NCBI RefSeq assembly: GCF_001194135.2
Contig: NC_068989.1
Location: 3,202,158 to 3,266,157, forward strand
From: Octopus bimaculoides
Taxonomy: Eukaryota
DNA length: 64,000 nt
Reading direction: 5' to 3'
The notes under the pieces were generated by a model. The model was not told the origin of the DNA. It searched no databases and worked only from the letters and a program-made list of their open reading frames with translations. This document shows positions 38,425-49,760 of this stretch, in pieces. A program made the translations under genes and the position numbers. The stretch's first letter is position 1, and each line of letters starts with the position of its first letter.

Positions 38425-38939
38425 GATTTGGCAGATATTACAAGCAGCGACAGGGAAGCTAGAGATCCACTCTCATTGGTTCAATTGTTTTGGTGTTGCT
38501 TCTGCAGCTGCTGCCTTGCGATGATGCGAAAGAGGCTGAAAATTGCAGGATGAGATGACTGGCTGCAGGTGATTTGTCATGGCTGACTGGACGTAAAACC
38601 TGTTTGGGTGACAGGAATTTTTGATGCAGGAGCCGAATACACGCACGCACACACGCACGCGCGCGCTTGCAGATGCATACAAACACATGGATGTACAGAA
38701 ATATACAGAAAGAGAAAAACATTACAATTTATTGAACATGACTAGAATAAGCACTCTCCCTTCCACATTCTCATAAAAATATGTTCCTGTGGAGAGAGAG
38801 AGAGAGAGAAAATAAAAGAGGAGTGAATTAGAGAAACATCAAAACACTTGATATGAAACGGTGAGGCTCAGATCAGTGCCACCAAAGGAGTGGCACCAAA
38901 AGAGATAGAAAAAAAAAACCCTGGCACCCCTTTGGCTTT

Positions 38940-39235
38940 GATGGCAAGTGTTCCCATGGGACAGCCTGCTCATGGAATTAATGTGCAAGTGGCTGAGTGC
39001 TCCTCAGACATGCATACCGTTAATGTAGTTCTCAGAGAGATTGAGTGTGACATAGAATGTAACAAGGCTGGCCCCTTTTGAATTACAGGTACAACTCATT
39101 TTTGCCAGCTGAGTGGACTGGAGCAATGTGAAATAAAGTGTCTTGCTCAAGGACTCAATGTGCTGTCAGGATATTGAACCCAGGACCTTATGCTCATGAG
39201 CTGAATGCCCAAACCACTGAGCCACGTGTCTTCAC
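38940..39235 (-). mobile_element. SINE family C, long form (CpG-decayed)
   Basis: Colinear with 35230-35530 and 46305-46450. Confidence 0.85.
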
Positions 39236-39593
39236 AACACCAATAGATAAGACTATGTTTACAAGTGACATTTCATGGCAGCCAACTGAAATAAATCACT
39301 TGGACAAACGGAGTATTTCAGTGCATATTATTAAGTTATGGATAGAGTTTTCTCTGAAAACGAGCCAATCTAATTAACCTTGCCTGAACTCCTACATATA
39401 AATGATGACAAACTGTGTGTCACCCGGTACCAGTTCTTATCTTTAGTTCCAGTCAACACTAAGATGCTTAACATAATAAACAAAAGGTTTGTAGTTTTAG
39501 CAACGGAAATCTTTTCAAAATCTCTTATCTGAAAAAACAACTCCGTTTCAGAAACAATTATACAACTGATCATTTTATAAATACAACACTGTA

Positions 39594-39646
<53 letters not shown>

Positions 39647-39959
39647 CTCTAAAAACAGAAAGAAAAATCTCCTCAAAATATCAGTTACCAAAATGAATTG
39701 ACTTCACAACCAATAAGTCACCTAATCGTGTTTTTATAAATCTCACGAGGAAACAGTTAAAAGCAAAATCAAGCACAGGACACTTCTTCAGATTGAAGTA
39801 TTTAACTTAAACAAACTTAAGTGTTTGGCATTGTAACTCCACAAATCATTTATACTTGAATATTTACGACACATCTACCCTGGACATAACTTGGTTTTGA
39901 GCTTATCAAAAATAATATCATTCTATTTACCGTATTCTTACCAAAGAGAAAGGCAGTGA

Positions 39960-40160
39960 AATGGTAGAATTGTTAGTGATTTTGATGCTTTGTGGCATTT
40001 TGTCTGCTTTTACTTTCTGAGTTCAAATTCCGCCAAGGCCAAGTTTGCCTTTCATCCTTTTGGGATCATTGAAATAAGTACCAGTTATGCACTGGGGCTG
40101 ATGCATTCAACTTGACCCCTCCTCTGAAATTGTTGGCCATTATCAAAGTTTAAAATCAAT
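39960..40160 (+). mobile_element. SINE family D
   Basis: ctgagttcaaattccgccaaggccaagtttgcctttcatcc...aaataagtaccag. Confidence 0.8.
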
Positions 40161-40294
40161 TTTATCTAGAAGAATAAAATGGGGTGTTCCTCAAGGTTCT
40201 ACTTTTCATGCATTATTATTCATTGTCTGCATTAATAAATTCCGTACATCATCATTATCTTCCTTGTTTTAATGTCTTCTTTACTTGCTTGATG

Positions 40295-40465
40295 CAAATA
40301 TTCCATTCACACTAAACAGACTTCAGTTTCCACTTTGACTTGCATATTCAATGACAATTAATAAGGCTCAAGGGCAAACCTTTAAAAAAAAGTTGGAATA
40401 CATTTGCCTCAACCGGTATTTTCTCATGGCCAATTATGTCACATTTTCAAGAGCACGAGCTATGA
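40295..40465 (+). mobile_element. Helitron PIF1-like helicase C-terminal fragment
   Basis: IPFTLNRLQFPL*LAYSMTINKAQGQTF / KKVGIHLPQPVF / HGQL matches the motif R.QFPLRLA.AMTINKSQGQT...VG..L..PVFSHGQLYVA.SR. Confidence 0.85.
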
Positions 40466-40562
40466 AGGTCAAATAGTAATTCCATTTATGTTTGTGTAAC
40501 TGAGATATTTTGGTTGGATTATATAGTCATTGGTGTTACATTACTTTCTATATTATGCAACG

Positions 40563-40790
40563 GGATGGAGAGCTGGCAGAATCGTTAGCACACCGGGCGA
40601 AATGCTTAGCGGTATTTCATTTGTCTTTACGTTCTGAGTTCAAATTCTACTGAGGTCAACTTTGCCTTTCATCATTTTGGGGTTGATAAAATAAGTACCA
40701 GTTACATACTGGGGTCAATGTAACCAACTAATCCCCCTTCCCTCAAATTTCAGGCCTTGTGCCTAGAGTAGAAAGGATTATTATTATTAT
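40563..40790 (+). mobile_element. SINE family D, best-preserved copy
   Basis: ggagagctggcagaatcgttagcacaccgggcgaaatgcttagcgg...gagttcaaattc...ctttgcctttcatc...aaaataagtaccag...ggccttgtgcctagagtagaaagg plus (ATT)n. The central part resembles the Meta-type SINE domain (recalled, unverified). Confidence 0.9.
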
Positions 40791-41103
40791 CATGATAAAG
40801 TAATGATAGTGAAGAGGTAGCAGGGGGAGTGTGTGAGTGTTGATGGCTGTTGGATCTGATCTATTTCTGAGTCTGTTCTGCAATTAGCCAAAACTCCATA
40901 GTAAAAGCTTACCCAAGGCATCTTAGGGTTAATTGAAAACAATTAAAGCAATTAAGTCCAAATAGACATTTCCAGCCATGATCTTCTCATGCATTTTTTT
41001 AAAGGCATAGTGTATCTACGGTTACATTATTTGATGTGCCTTTGCTCTTTTAAGATACTATAATGTGAATGATCAGGGCTTAAGGAATAAATTCTATCTC
41101 AAC

Positions 41104-41401
41104 CAGTGTTTTCCAACCATTTTTTTTTTTATCTACGGATCCCTCTGATTACTGTTGTATTCTGGTGGACCCCCCCCCCCCAAGCCATCCATTGTTTAAA
41201 ATTAGTTTTATAGCAAATTCTTTCAAATTTCTTATTTTGTTTTTCACTCATTGTGTAGGTCGAACCATGTAAAACATTTGAGAAAGAAATCTGTTTCTTG
41301 CAATAAATACTTCTAAAGCAAGTTTTCCAGGAGCCCCTAGAATACTACTGTGGACGCAATTTACTATATGGAACCCCAGGGTTCTCTTTTGAGAACCACT
41401 G
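41104..41401. mobile_element. hAT-type MITE
   Basis: TIRs cagtgttttccaac / tttgagaaccactg. The 8-bp flanks atctcaac and acctaaac match at 6 of 8 positions (degenerate TSD). Confidence 0.7.
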
Positions 41402-41974
41402 ACCTAAACTAAATTACAATCTCTCTCAAACTACCTTGTCTTTGTAGTCAATTTATACGATCCCATTTTGGTGATTAAAATCAATAAACAACTTTTAAAA
41501 TCTATCATAATGCTTTCAATATAATGACCACAATAAAATTTATACTCTCAAGAGATGCATTACAGAATCATGATGACATTATCAAATTAGATAAACTATT
41601 GATTAATTTTCAATATAAATAAAGCCACATCTTCTCATGCTGCTGCTGATGATGATGTATTTGTTGTTGCTTGTAGAATTTATTGTCATTACTATCAGGA
41701 TTCTGCAGGCAACAGTGGCGCCATAAAAAGTCCTTAATTCCAAATAATGTAAACTGATAAATCTTCACAGAATCGTTGTTGTTAGTGGTCTCACTTTTAG
41801 TTAATTGAAACGGAACAATTTTGTTCAAAATATTTGTTCACAAGTGCATTAATATACAGAAACACTCGTACATATAAACGTACCCCATCCCCACATACTT
41901 ACATACACCACGCACACACACACACACGCACACGCACACACGCACACAACTGAAATGACTTAAGGTTAATGAAG

Positions 41975-42098
41975 CAAAATGCTTCATGGCATTCTTTTCC
42001 GTCTTTACGTTCTGAGTTCAAATTCTGCCAGGGTCAACTTAGCCATTCATCCTTTCAGGGTCGATAAAATAAGTACCAGTGAAATACTGGGGTCAATA
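41975..42098 (+). mobile_element. SINE family D running into a gap
   Basis: ctttacgttctgagttcaaattctgccagggtcaac...catcctttcagggtcgataaaataagtaccag. Confidence 0.85.
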
Positions 42099-42602
42099 NN
42101 NNNNNNNNNNNNNNNNNNNNNNNNNNNNNNNNNNNNNNNNNNNNNNNNNNNNNNNNNNNNNNNNNNNNNNNNNNNNNNNNNNNNNNNNNNNNNNNNNNNN
42201 NNNNNNNNNNNNNNNNNNNNNNNNNNNNNNNNNNNNNNNNNNNNNNNNNNNNNNNNNNNNNNNNNNNNNNNNNNNNNNNNNNNNNNNNNNNNNNNNNNNN
42301 NNNNNNNNNNNNNNNNNNNNNNNNNNNNNNNNNNNNNNNNNNNNNNNNNNNNNNNNNNNNNNNNNNNNNNNNNNNNNNNNNNNNNNNNNNNNNNNNNNNN
42401 NNNNNNNNNNNNNNNNNNNNNNNNNNNNNNNNNNNNNNNNNNNNNNNNNNNNNNNNNNNNNNNNNNNNNNNNNNNNNNNNNNNNNNNNNNNNNNNNNNNN
42501 NNNNNNNNNNNNNNNNNNNNNNNNNNNNNNNNNNNNNNNNNNNNNNNNNNNNNNNNNNNNNNNNNNNNNNNNNNNNNNNNNNNNNNNNNNNNNNNNNNNN
42601 NN

Positions 42603-42642
<40 letters not shown>

Positions 42643-43059
42643 AAGCACACAAACACATGTTGCGAAAGAGAATATGAGTGTGATGTGTCAACCATTTTAA
42701 TCATCTGAGATGATTTAATTACTGTGTAATATATCTGTAGGTGGCAGGGTAGGTTAAGAGGTGTGTGGTACTTTTGTGTATGTATGTGCATTGCATGCAT
42801 TGTGCATGTGTAGTGTGTATTTGTGTGCGTGCACATGTACGTAGGGCTTTGGCTGTAAGTATATCCATGCTTCCCGAGTGTGTAGCTCTCTCTCTCTTTC
42901 TATGTGCTTGATGTGCCCATGGTGTGTATAATGTGTATATAAAGTGGTTAGTCTATAAGTAGTCTACTTATGTGGTTCATGAGTGTGTAACTCCCTGAGT
43001 AGATGTGAACACGTTATGTGATTAGGCGGGTGTTCATTTGTGGGTCTCTTCTGTCATCA

Positions 43060-43224
43060 AAATTCACAACCAGCACCACCACCACCAGCACCAGCACCAC
43101 CACCATTAAATAAAACTACTACTACCACCACCACCTCCACCACAATTCACTGCTTCTTTCTTCTCCTTTGTCACCACCGCTACGTCCTCCACTTGCTTAT
43201 TGTCATCATTGTCACCACCATCAA

Positions 43225-43257
<33 letters not shown>

Positions 43258-43520
43258 CAGTATTGTCATTACCATCATAAGCATCACCCTCCTCCTCCAT
43301 CATCAGCATCACCAACATCAGCATCACCAACATCATCCCCATCACTACCATCATGAGCATTGTTCTCCTCCTCCTCCTCATCATCATCATAATCAACCTC
43401 TTCCTCATCATCACCACTGCCATCATTGTCAGCATCATTGTCATCACCTCTGTTGTTGTCATCGTAATTACCATTGTCCTCCTCCTCCTCCTCTTCATCA
43501 TCATCATCATCATAACTCAT
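43060..43520. repeat. CAC/ATT/CAT/CCT trinucleotide low-complexity tract
   Basis: Generates the poly-P/T/I/H content of the 324-aa ORF. Confidence 0.9.
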
Positions 43521-43819
43521 ATGTTTGCAATAGTTGGTCCTGTCTTCTACATCATAGTCTCGTCTCTTATTGCAATCCCACATCATTTCCTTCACAGGGG
43601 TTTCACCATTTGGGATCAGCCCCTCACCCTTTCTTGCCATATCTCCCACGAGCCACCACTGCCACAACTTTCTTCCCCGCCTACACCCAGCTGTTATTCT
43701 TCATTTCTCACACACGTCCCCAACCAACGAAACCCTTGCCTGCCCCCACTGCTTATGATCCCTCTTTTATTTATTCTCTCAGCTTATTCCTTACCCTACC
43801 ATTAATGCAGACTAGCATC

Positions 43820-44010
43820 ACAAACCCAGCAAACGATGTTCACTTCATTTCTTTTGATCCTTTGCAAATTCTTCACATTCAAAGCCAACATGCAACATTG
43901 GATGTGGCATCCAAGCTTCATACAGTCTCCCCTTCATCTGGTGAGGAACCTTTTATTGCCAGCAAAGCCAGTGGCTCTTTCAACCTTTCCTTCCATGTTC
44001 TCGTCCTTCC
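43820..44010 (-). mobile_element. RTE-clade LINE 3' ORF2 remnant
   Basis: KGRLYEAW...MLHVGFECEEFAKDQKK resembles KGRLY.ACVRS.MLHGSETW; related to 48490-48600. Confidence 0.55.
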
Positions 44011-44187
44011 GTAATTGTGTTGGTGTGTTTATGTCCCTGTAACTTAGCAGTTTGCCAAAAGAGACTAACAGAATAAGAATCGGGCTAAAAGCAAAGTACT
44101 AGAGTCGATTCATTCAATTATGAATTCTTAAAAGTGGTGCTCCAGCATGGCCACTGTCTGATTACTGAAACAAGTAACAGATAAAAA

Positions 44188-44222
<35 letters not shown>

Positions 44223-44457
44223 TCCTTGCTTGGACATCCTGTGAGTGAGTGTTACTGTCATGCAAGCTGTGTGTCCTTCATGTCCAATATTCTATGAAAA
44301 CCTGTTTGGACAGGAAGAAACAAGGTGAGGGTTGGCAACAGGGAGGGCATCTGGCTGTAGGAAATCTCTATCAACAAATTCCATTTGTCCCATGCATCTA
44401 GGTTGGAAATTGGCTCTTTCTCCATGGGCAAGAAATTGAGAAACAAAACATTACATA

Positions 44458-44801
44458 GTTCTATATTTAAGAGATGAGGAATCATGTACATTATTTACAT
44501 TTGACGGATATCTATCCTCATCTTGTTTGTTGTTAACACAAAGTTTCGGCTGATATACCCTCTAGTCTTCATCAGGTGTCTTGGGGAAATTTCGAACCTG
44601 TGTTCTCATTCCTAAGGTATTTTTTGATATTATTATTATTATCATTATTCAGATCACTGCTTGGAATCGAACTCGGAATCTTGAGGTTAGTAGCCCACGC
44701 TCTTAACCCATGTGCATATGGCATAGTGGTTAAGAGCGCGGGCTACTAACCCCAAGATTCCGAGATCGATTCCAGGCAGTGACCTGAATAATAATAATAA
44801 T
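44458..44801. mobile_element. Family E head-to-head inverted dimer (right arm cut by gap)
   Basis: Full left arm on - with tail and mutated hammerhead (44537-44579), junction cttaacc|catgtgcatatgg, then a + tRNA-like head and (TAA)n running into the N-run. Confidence 0.9.
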
Positions 44802-45577
44802 NNNNNNNNNNNNNNNNNNNNNNNNNNNNNNNNNNNNNNNNNNNNNNNNNNNNNNNNNNNNNNNNNNNNNNNNNNNNNNNNNNNNNNNNNNNNNNNNNNN
44901 NNNNNNNNNNNNNNNNNNNNNNNNNNNNNNNNNNNNNNNNNNNNNNNNNNNNNNNNNNNNNNNNNNNNNNNNNNNNNNNNNNNNNNNNNNNNNNNNNNNN
45001 NNNNNNNNNNNNNNNNNNNNNNNNNNNNNNNNNNNNNNNNNNNNNNNNNNNNNNNNNNNNNNNNNNNNNNAACATACATGCATCACACACACACACACGC
45101 ACACTCTCTCTCTCCCTCTCTCTCTCCCTCTCTCTCCCTCTCTCTCCCTCTCTCTCTGTCTCTCTCTCGCTCTCTCTGTCTATCTCTGTCTCTCTCTCGC
45201 TTTCTCTGTCTATCTCTGTCTGTCTATCTCTCTCTCTATGTAGTGGACAAGGCTCATCGCCGTTTTCATTTACAAAATTTTATTCACACGATGAGGTGTC
45301 ATGCAATGTCCTAAGCAGTGGTGGTGGTGGTGGGGTCATGTTAATCTGAATAAGAGGCCCTCACTGCAAATAAGGACTTGGGGCATGACGCTACGTCCAA
45401 GCCATGCCAGCATAGAAAAACGCACTTCGAGATACTGCTGATGATGATAATGTTGATATTAACACGCAAGAGTAAAGAAGGCCAGCAAAAAGTGAGTACT
45501 CAATACAGAAAGTAGAGTGATGTAATTTACTGGAAGCTGAATCTTCACTGATGATTACTTTGAGTTCCTTGTCGAAC

Positions 45578-45622
<45 letters not shown>

Positions 45623-45632
45623 NNNNNNNNNN

Positions 45633-45672
<40 letters not shown>

Positions 45673-46304
45673 TGTGTATTTACTCATGCATGACAAAACA
45701 AGTCGGGTGCGATTCAGCGACAAGCAAAACCCGCTTTGTGCGTTCTGAAGCTAAGGGAGATAACTCTATCATTACTTTCCGCCTGCGCCAAAACATAAAT
45801 AATTGTCATTCTCTATCTATTGTGTTTATACTTATTGATTACAGATATTTCCCTGCTGTAAAGTCTTCCGAGCTCCTCTTTTTATGTGTCTAAAATAACA
45901 ATAAATGGAACCTCAACAAAATCAACGAGCGAGAGCCTCTGTTGCTAGAAATAATAACCCGCATCTCCCCCCAGATCACGCTCTGCCGCCTTCAAGATCA
46001 TATTGGATAATATCGTTCATACACAAAATACTAGGATGGTCAAATGTGGAGCGGCTTTGATTAATGGTTTGTTCGATCGGGGCTGACACGAGGCCAGACA
46101 ACAACCGCAACTCTTGGAAGATTTATATTCCTTCCTCTCGTTATTGATTGTCCATTCGTGTCTGTTGTTTATGAAGTGATGCATTGAAAGATGCGACCGG
46201 TTTACCTGTCTGCAAGTCATCCAGAACCACATTACGGTCTGTTTGGGTTTGGCATCATCAACAAAATGGTGTTGGATAAGAAAAAAACCCCGCAAGACGA
46301 GGGT

Positions 46305-46712
46305 TCTAGTTGATCCGATCAACGGAACAGACCGCTCGTGAAATTAAAGTGCAAGTGGCTGAGCACTCCACAGACACGTGTACCCTTAACGTAGTTCTCG
46401 GGGATATCCAGCGTGACACAGAATGTGGCAATGCTGGCCCCTTTGAAATACAGGAAGTTGTGGTGAAAGAGTTCAGCAGGGTTCGCCACCACCCACTGCC
46501 GGAGCCTCGTGGAGCTNNNNNNNNNNCAGAATGTGGCAATGCTGGCCCCTTTGAAATACAGGAAGTTGTGGTGAAAGAGTTCAGCAGGGTTCGCCACCAC
46601 CCACTGCCGGAGCCTCGTGGAGCTTTAGGTGCTTCCGTCCAATAAATATTCACAACGCCCGGTCTGGGAATCGAAACCGCGAGTCCGCTTCCCCAACCAC
46701 TGGGCCATTGCG
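46305..46712 (-). mobile_element. tRNA-derived SINE (family C tail with a different head and body)
   Basis: On - strand: A box tggcccagtggtt and B box ggtttcgattcc. The 3' part is colinear with 35230-35380. Confidence 0.8.
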
Positions 46713-46721
46713 TTTCCACTA

Positions 46722-46890
46722 GGGTGTGGCTTAGTGGTTAGAGTGTTGGACACATGATCGTAAGATTGTGATTTCGATTCCTGGACCGGGTGGAGCGTTG
46801 TGTTCTTGAGCAAGGTACTTCATTTCACGTTGCTCCAGTCCACACAGCCGGCAAAAATGAGTAATGCTGCGGTGGACCAGTGTCCCCTCC
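46722..46890 (+). mobile_element. SINE family C
   Basis: gtggcttagtggttagag...gatttcgattcctggaccggg...catttcacgttgctccagtccacacagccggcaaaaatgagt. Confidence 0.9.
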
Positions 46891-46896
46891 AGGAGC

Positions 46897-46928
<32 letters not shown>

Positions 46929-46938
46929 NNNNNNNNNN

Positions 46939-46969
<31 letters not shown>

Positions 46970-47227
46970 GCCACATTTACGTAACCTTAACTTAGCGGTT
47001 CAGCAAAAGATACGGATAGAATATGTTGCAGACTTAAAAAAATAAGTACTGTTGGCAATCTGTTAGACTAAAACCTTTCATAGTGGTGCCCCAGCATGGC
47101 CGCAGTGACTGAAACAATTAGTAGAAAATTGGACTCTTAATTCTGTGATCTTGGTTCGATTCCAAGTCTGTTAGGTCAGTGTTCATTTGAGCAAAACAAC
47201 AGCGTTGAATACATTGTACATTTCGTT

Positions 47228-47475
47228 TACCCCGTTGTCTTAGAAACCGTATCAGAACAATTACCCCCCATATGACAATTCTCTCCTACGACAACACCCC
47301 CACCCCCGCTGGGACAATTACCCTCTATATGATAATTCTCCCCTACGACATCAACCTCCTGGGACAATTACCCCGCTTGATTAATTATACTCCATCTCCA
47401 TATATTAAGAAGTTTTAAATCCTCATCTGTTGTCCTCTGGGGTTATTGTCCATTGGGGCGTAAATGTCCGAGACT
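47228..47475. mobile_element. Foldback-type MITE with tandem subterminal repeats
   Basis: Three acaattaccc units spaced about 50-60 bp apart on the left; inverted ggggttattgtcc / ggggcgtaaatgtcc on the right. Confidence 0.5.
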
Positions 47476-47769
47476 CCTTACAAACACTAGCGTTTGTCAA
47501 ATGAGAAAGCGCAAGACTTCAGAGTAACGCCCCTTTACATAAACCGAAACTATATTCAGAGTTATTTCCCTTGAGTCGTGCTCTGCGTTTTTACTGTTCG
47601 CACGGTTAAGTTATATTTGATAACTTATAAAGTCTAAAATAATAATAATAATGATATTCATACGCTTTTTTTGGTGATACATTTATATATAATTTAGGTA
47701 GGGGGATCCTGCCTTCCTGAGCTAGTTTTCCACCACATTTCTTAAAAATCATGGTAGAGGCCTTGGTCT

Positions 47770-48865
47770 CGGGATCACTCATGTCTACAAACTGAGGTTG
47801 GGGGTAAGCTCCCCGTAGAAAATTCAGCTCTGAGAAGGCTTCATGATAGCAAGGGAGAATGGGCACCAGCCAGCCCAAAGGTTGGGGGTAAGGTTGCACC
47901 TGCTTACCTCACACAGAAAGGTGCAAGCCCTCATCCTGGGTTGTGCCAGCATGACTTGCCTTATGAGGGCTGACGGCCTGAGGAGAAACTTGGGGTGAGG
48001 TTGGGCAGTTGGAATGAGAGCAGTCTGCATGGAAGGGGAACTGGGGTGTGTGAGGAATTGAGGAAGAGGAAGGTGGATGTGTGCTGTGTGCAGAAGGCTA
48101 GGTGGAGGGACCAGGGTGCAAGATTTGTTGGGGTCAAGGGAAGAAGGTACAAGATGGGTCCATGTAGTGTATGTGGGGAGAGGGTAATAGCAAATGCGGT
48201 GTTGTGTACGAGATGTGAGAAATGGATTCATAGGAGATGTACGAAAATGAAGAAGGTGACCCCAAAACTGGCAAGAGAGTTTGTTTGTGGAAGATGTGAG
48301 AAAGGAGCTGAAGGGCTAATGAAACCATTGGAAATATTATGTGACAAGGTGGAAATGGTGAGAGGTTTTTTGTTATTTGGGAGATAAAGTGGATGTAAGT
48401 AGTAGATGTGAAGCAGCTGTGACAACAAGAGCGAGACTTGGCTGGGTGAAGTTCAGGGAATGTGGAGCATTGTTATATGGAAAAAGGTCCTCATTAAAGA
48501 TGAAAGGAAAGGTCTAAAGGAGTTGTGTGAGAGCTGCAATGCTGCATAGGAGTGAGACATGGTGTCAGAGGGAGAGAGAGAGATGACAATTTTGAAAAGG
48601 ACTCAGAGAGCAATGGTGAGAGAAATGTGTGGTGTGAAGCTGTTTGAGAAGAGGAGGCCTGAGGATTTGATGGGGATGCTGGGGTTGGTGGGATGGCTGG
48701 CAAGGGGAATGGAGTGCAGTGGTATGGGCATGTGTTGAGGAGGGATGAGGAGCATGTTCTGAGGAGGGTGCTTGAGTTACAGGTAAATGGACTGTGAAAG
48801 TGAGGTAGACCGAGGAAAATGTGGAGGGGACAGGTGGAGGGTTAGCTTGAGGAGGGAGGATACCT
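47770..48865 (+). mobile_element. Internally deleted RTE-clade LINE (5'UTR, APE start, post-RT PHD-like region, 3' end)
   Basis: RLGSWNESSLHGRG...RKVDVCCVQKARW (APE N-terminus) is fused to PCSVCG...CTRCEKWIHRRC...FVCGRC, followed by decayed RLGWVKFRE, CVRAAMLHRSETW and GRPRKMW motifs. Confidence 0.85.
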
Positions 48866-48871
48866 AAAACC

Positions 48872-49235
48872 AGGTTCCATCCCACTGCATGGCACCTTGG
48901 GCAAGTGTCTTCTACAATAGCCTCAGGCTGACCAAAGCCTTGTCAATGGATTTTGTAGACAGAAACTGAAAGAAGCCCATCCTATTTATATATATATATC
49001 TATGTGTGTGTGTCTTTGTGTCAGTGTTTGTTCCCCACCACCACTTGACAACCAATGTTGGTTTGTTTGCATCCCCATAACTTAACAGTTCCGCAAAAGA
49101 AACTGATAGAGTAAGCACCAGACTGAAAAAAATAATAATAATAAGTACAGGGATCAATTTGTTCAACCAAAATTCCCCAAGGTGGTGCTCCAGCATGGCC
49201 ACTGTCTAATGATTGAAACAAGTAAAAGATAAAAA
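48872..49235 (+). mobile_element. SINE family B with long 3' module
   Basis: Colinear with 19655-20038. Confidence 0.85.
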
Positions 49236-49394
49236 GATGGAAATCTAAGTTATTTTAGCGTAAATGTTTTACTCCAAAGTTTCTCTCTCGCTGCTCACCT
49301 CTACTCATTTCATTCCTTTACACACACACACACACACACCCATACCCACACACACACACACACTCTCTCTCTCTCTTTCTCTCTNNNNNNNNNN

Positions 49395-49467
<73 letters not shown>

Positions 49468-49589
49468 AATATGAATAGCCATATGGCTCTGCAACTACAA
49501 CCTGCTCTCCTCCACTGCTTTCCCGTACCTTAATTCCTATCCCTGAGCATAAAGTTTCCCCCTTTGCATTGCAACCTCAATAGTGCTGG

Positions 49590-49760
49590 TGGCATGAGAA
49601 AAGCATTCAGTACACATCATGAAGTGGTTGGAGTTAGGAAGGGCTTCCAGCTGTAAAAATCTGCGACACTGGAGCCCATTGCAGTCCTTGGTCCCATTGG
49701 ACCCAGTCAAACCATCCAACCCATGCCAGCATAGAAAATGGACCTTAAATGATGATGGAG
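49590..49760 (+). mobile_element. SINE-like family A
   Basis: gtggttggagttaggaagggcttccagctgtaaaaa...aacccatgccagcatagaaaatggac. Confidence 0.85.

Larger units (their letters stand above)
45300..47620. promoter_or_regulatory. CpG-retaining island, candidate promoter region
   Basis: Visibly more CG dinucleotides than at 22-45 kb. SINE C here keeps CpGs that are TG/CA in its paralog at 38940. Inverted motif pair at 45753 and 47558. Confidence 0.4.

Noticed and set aside
43040-44014. 324-aa plus-strand ORF
   Set aside because: Built from trinucleotide repeats, and its 3' part is the antisense of a LINE remnant. No domain.
46420-46623. Exact ~96-bp tandem duplication
   Set aside because: Identical copies flank a 10-N gap, typical of an unmerged contig overlap.
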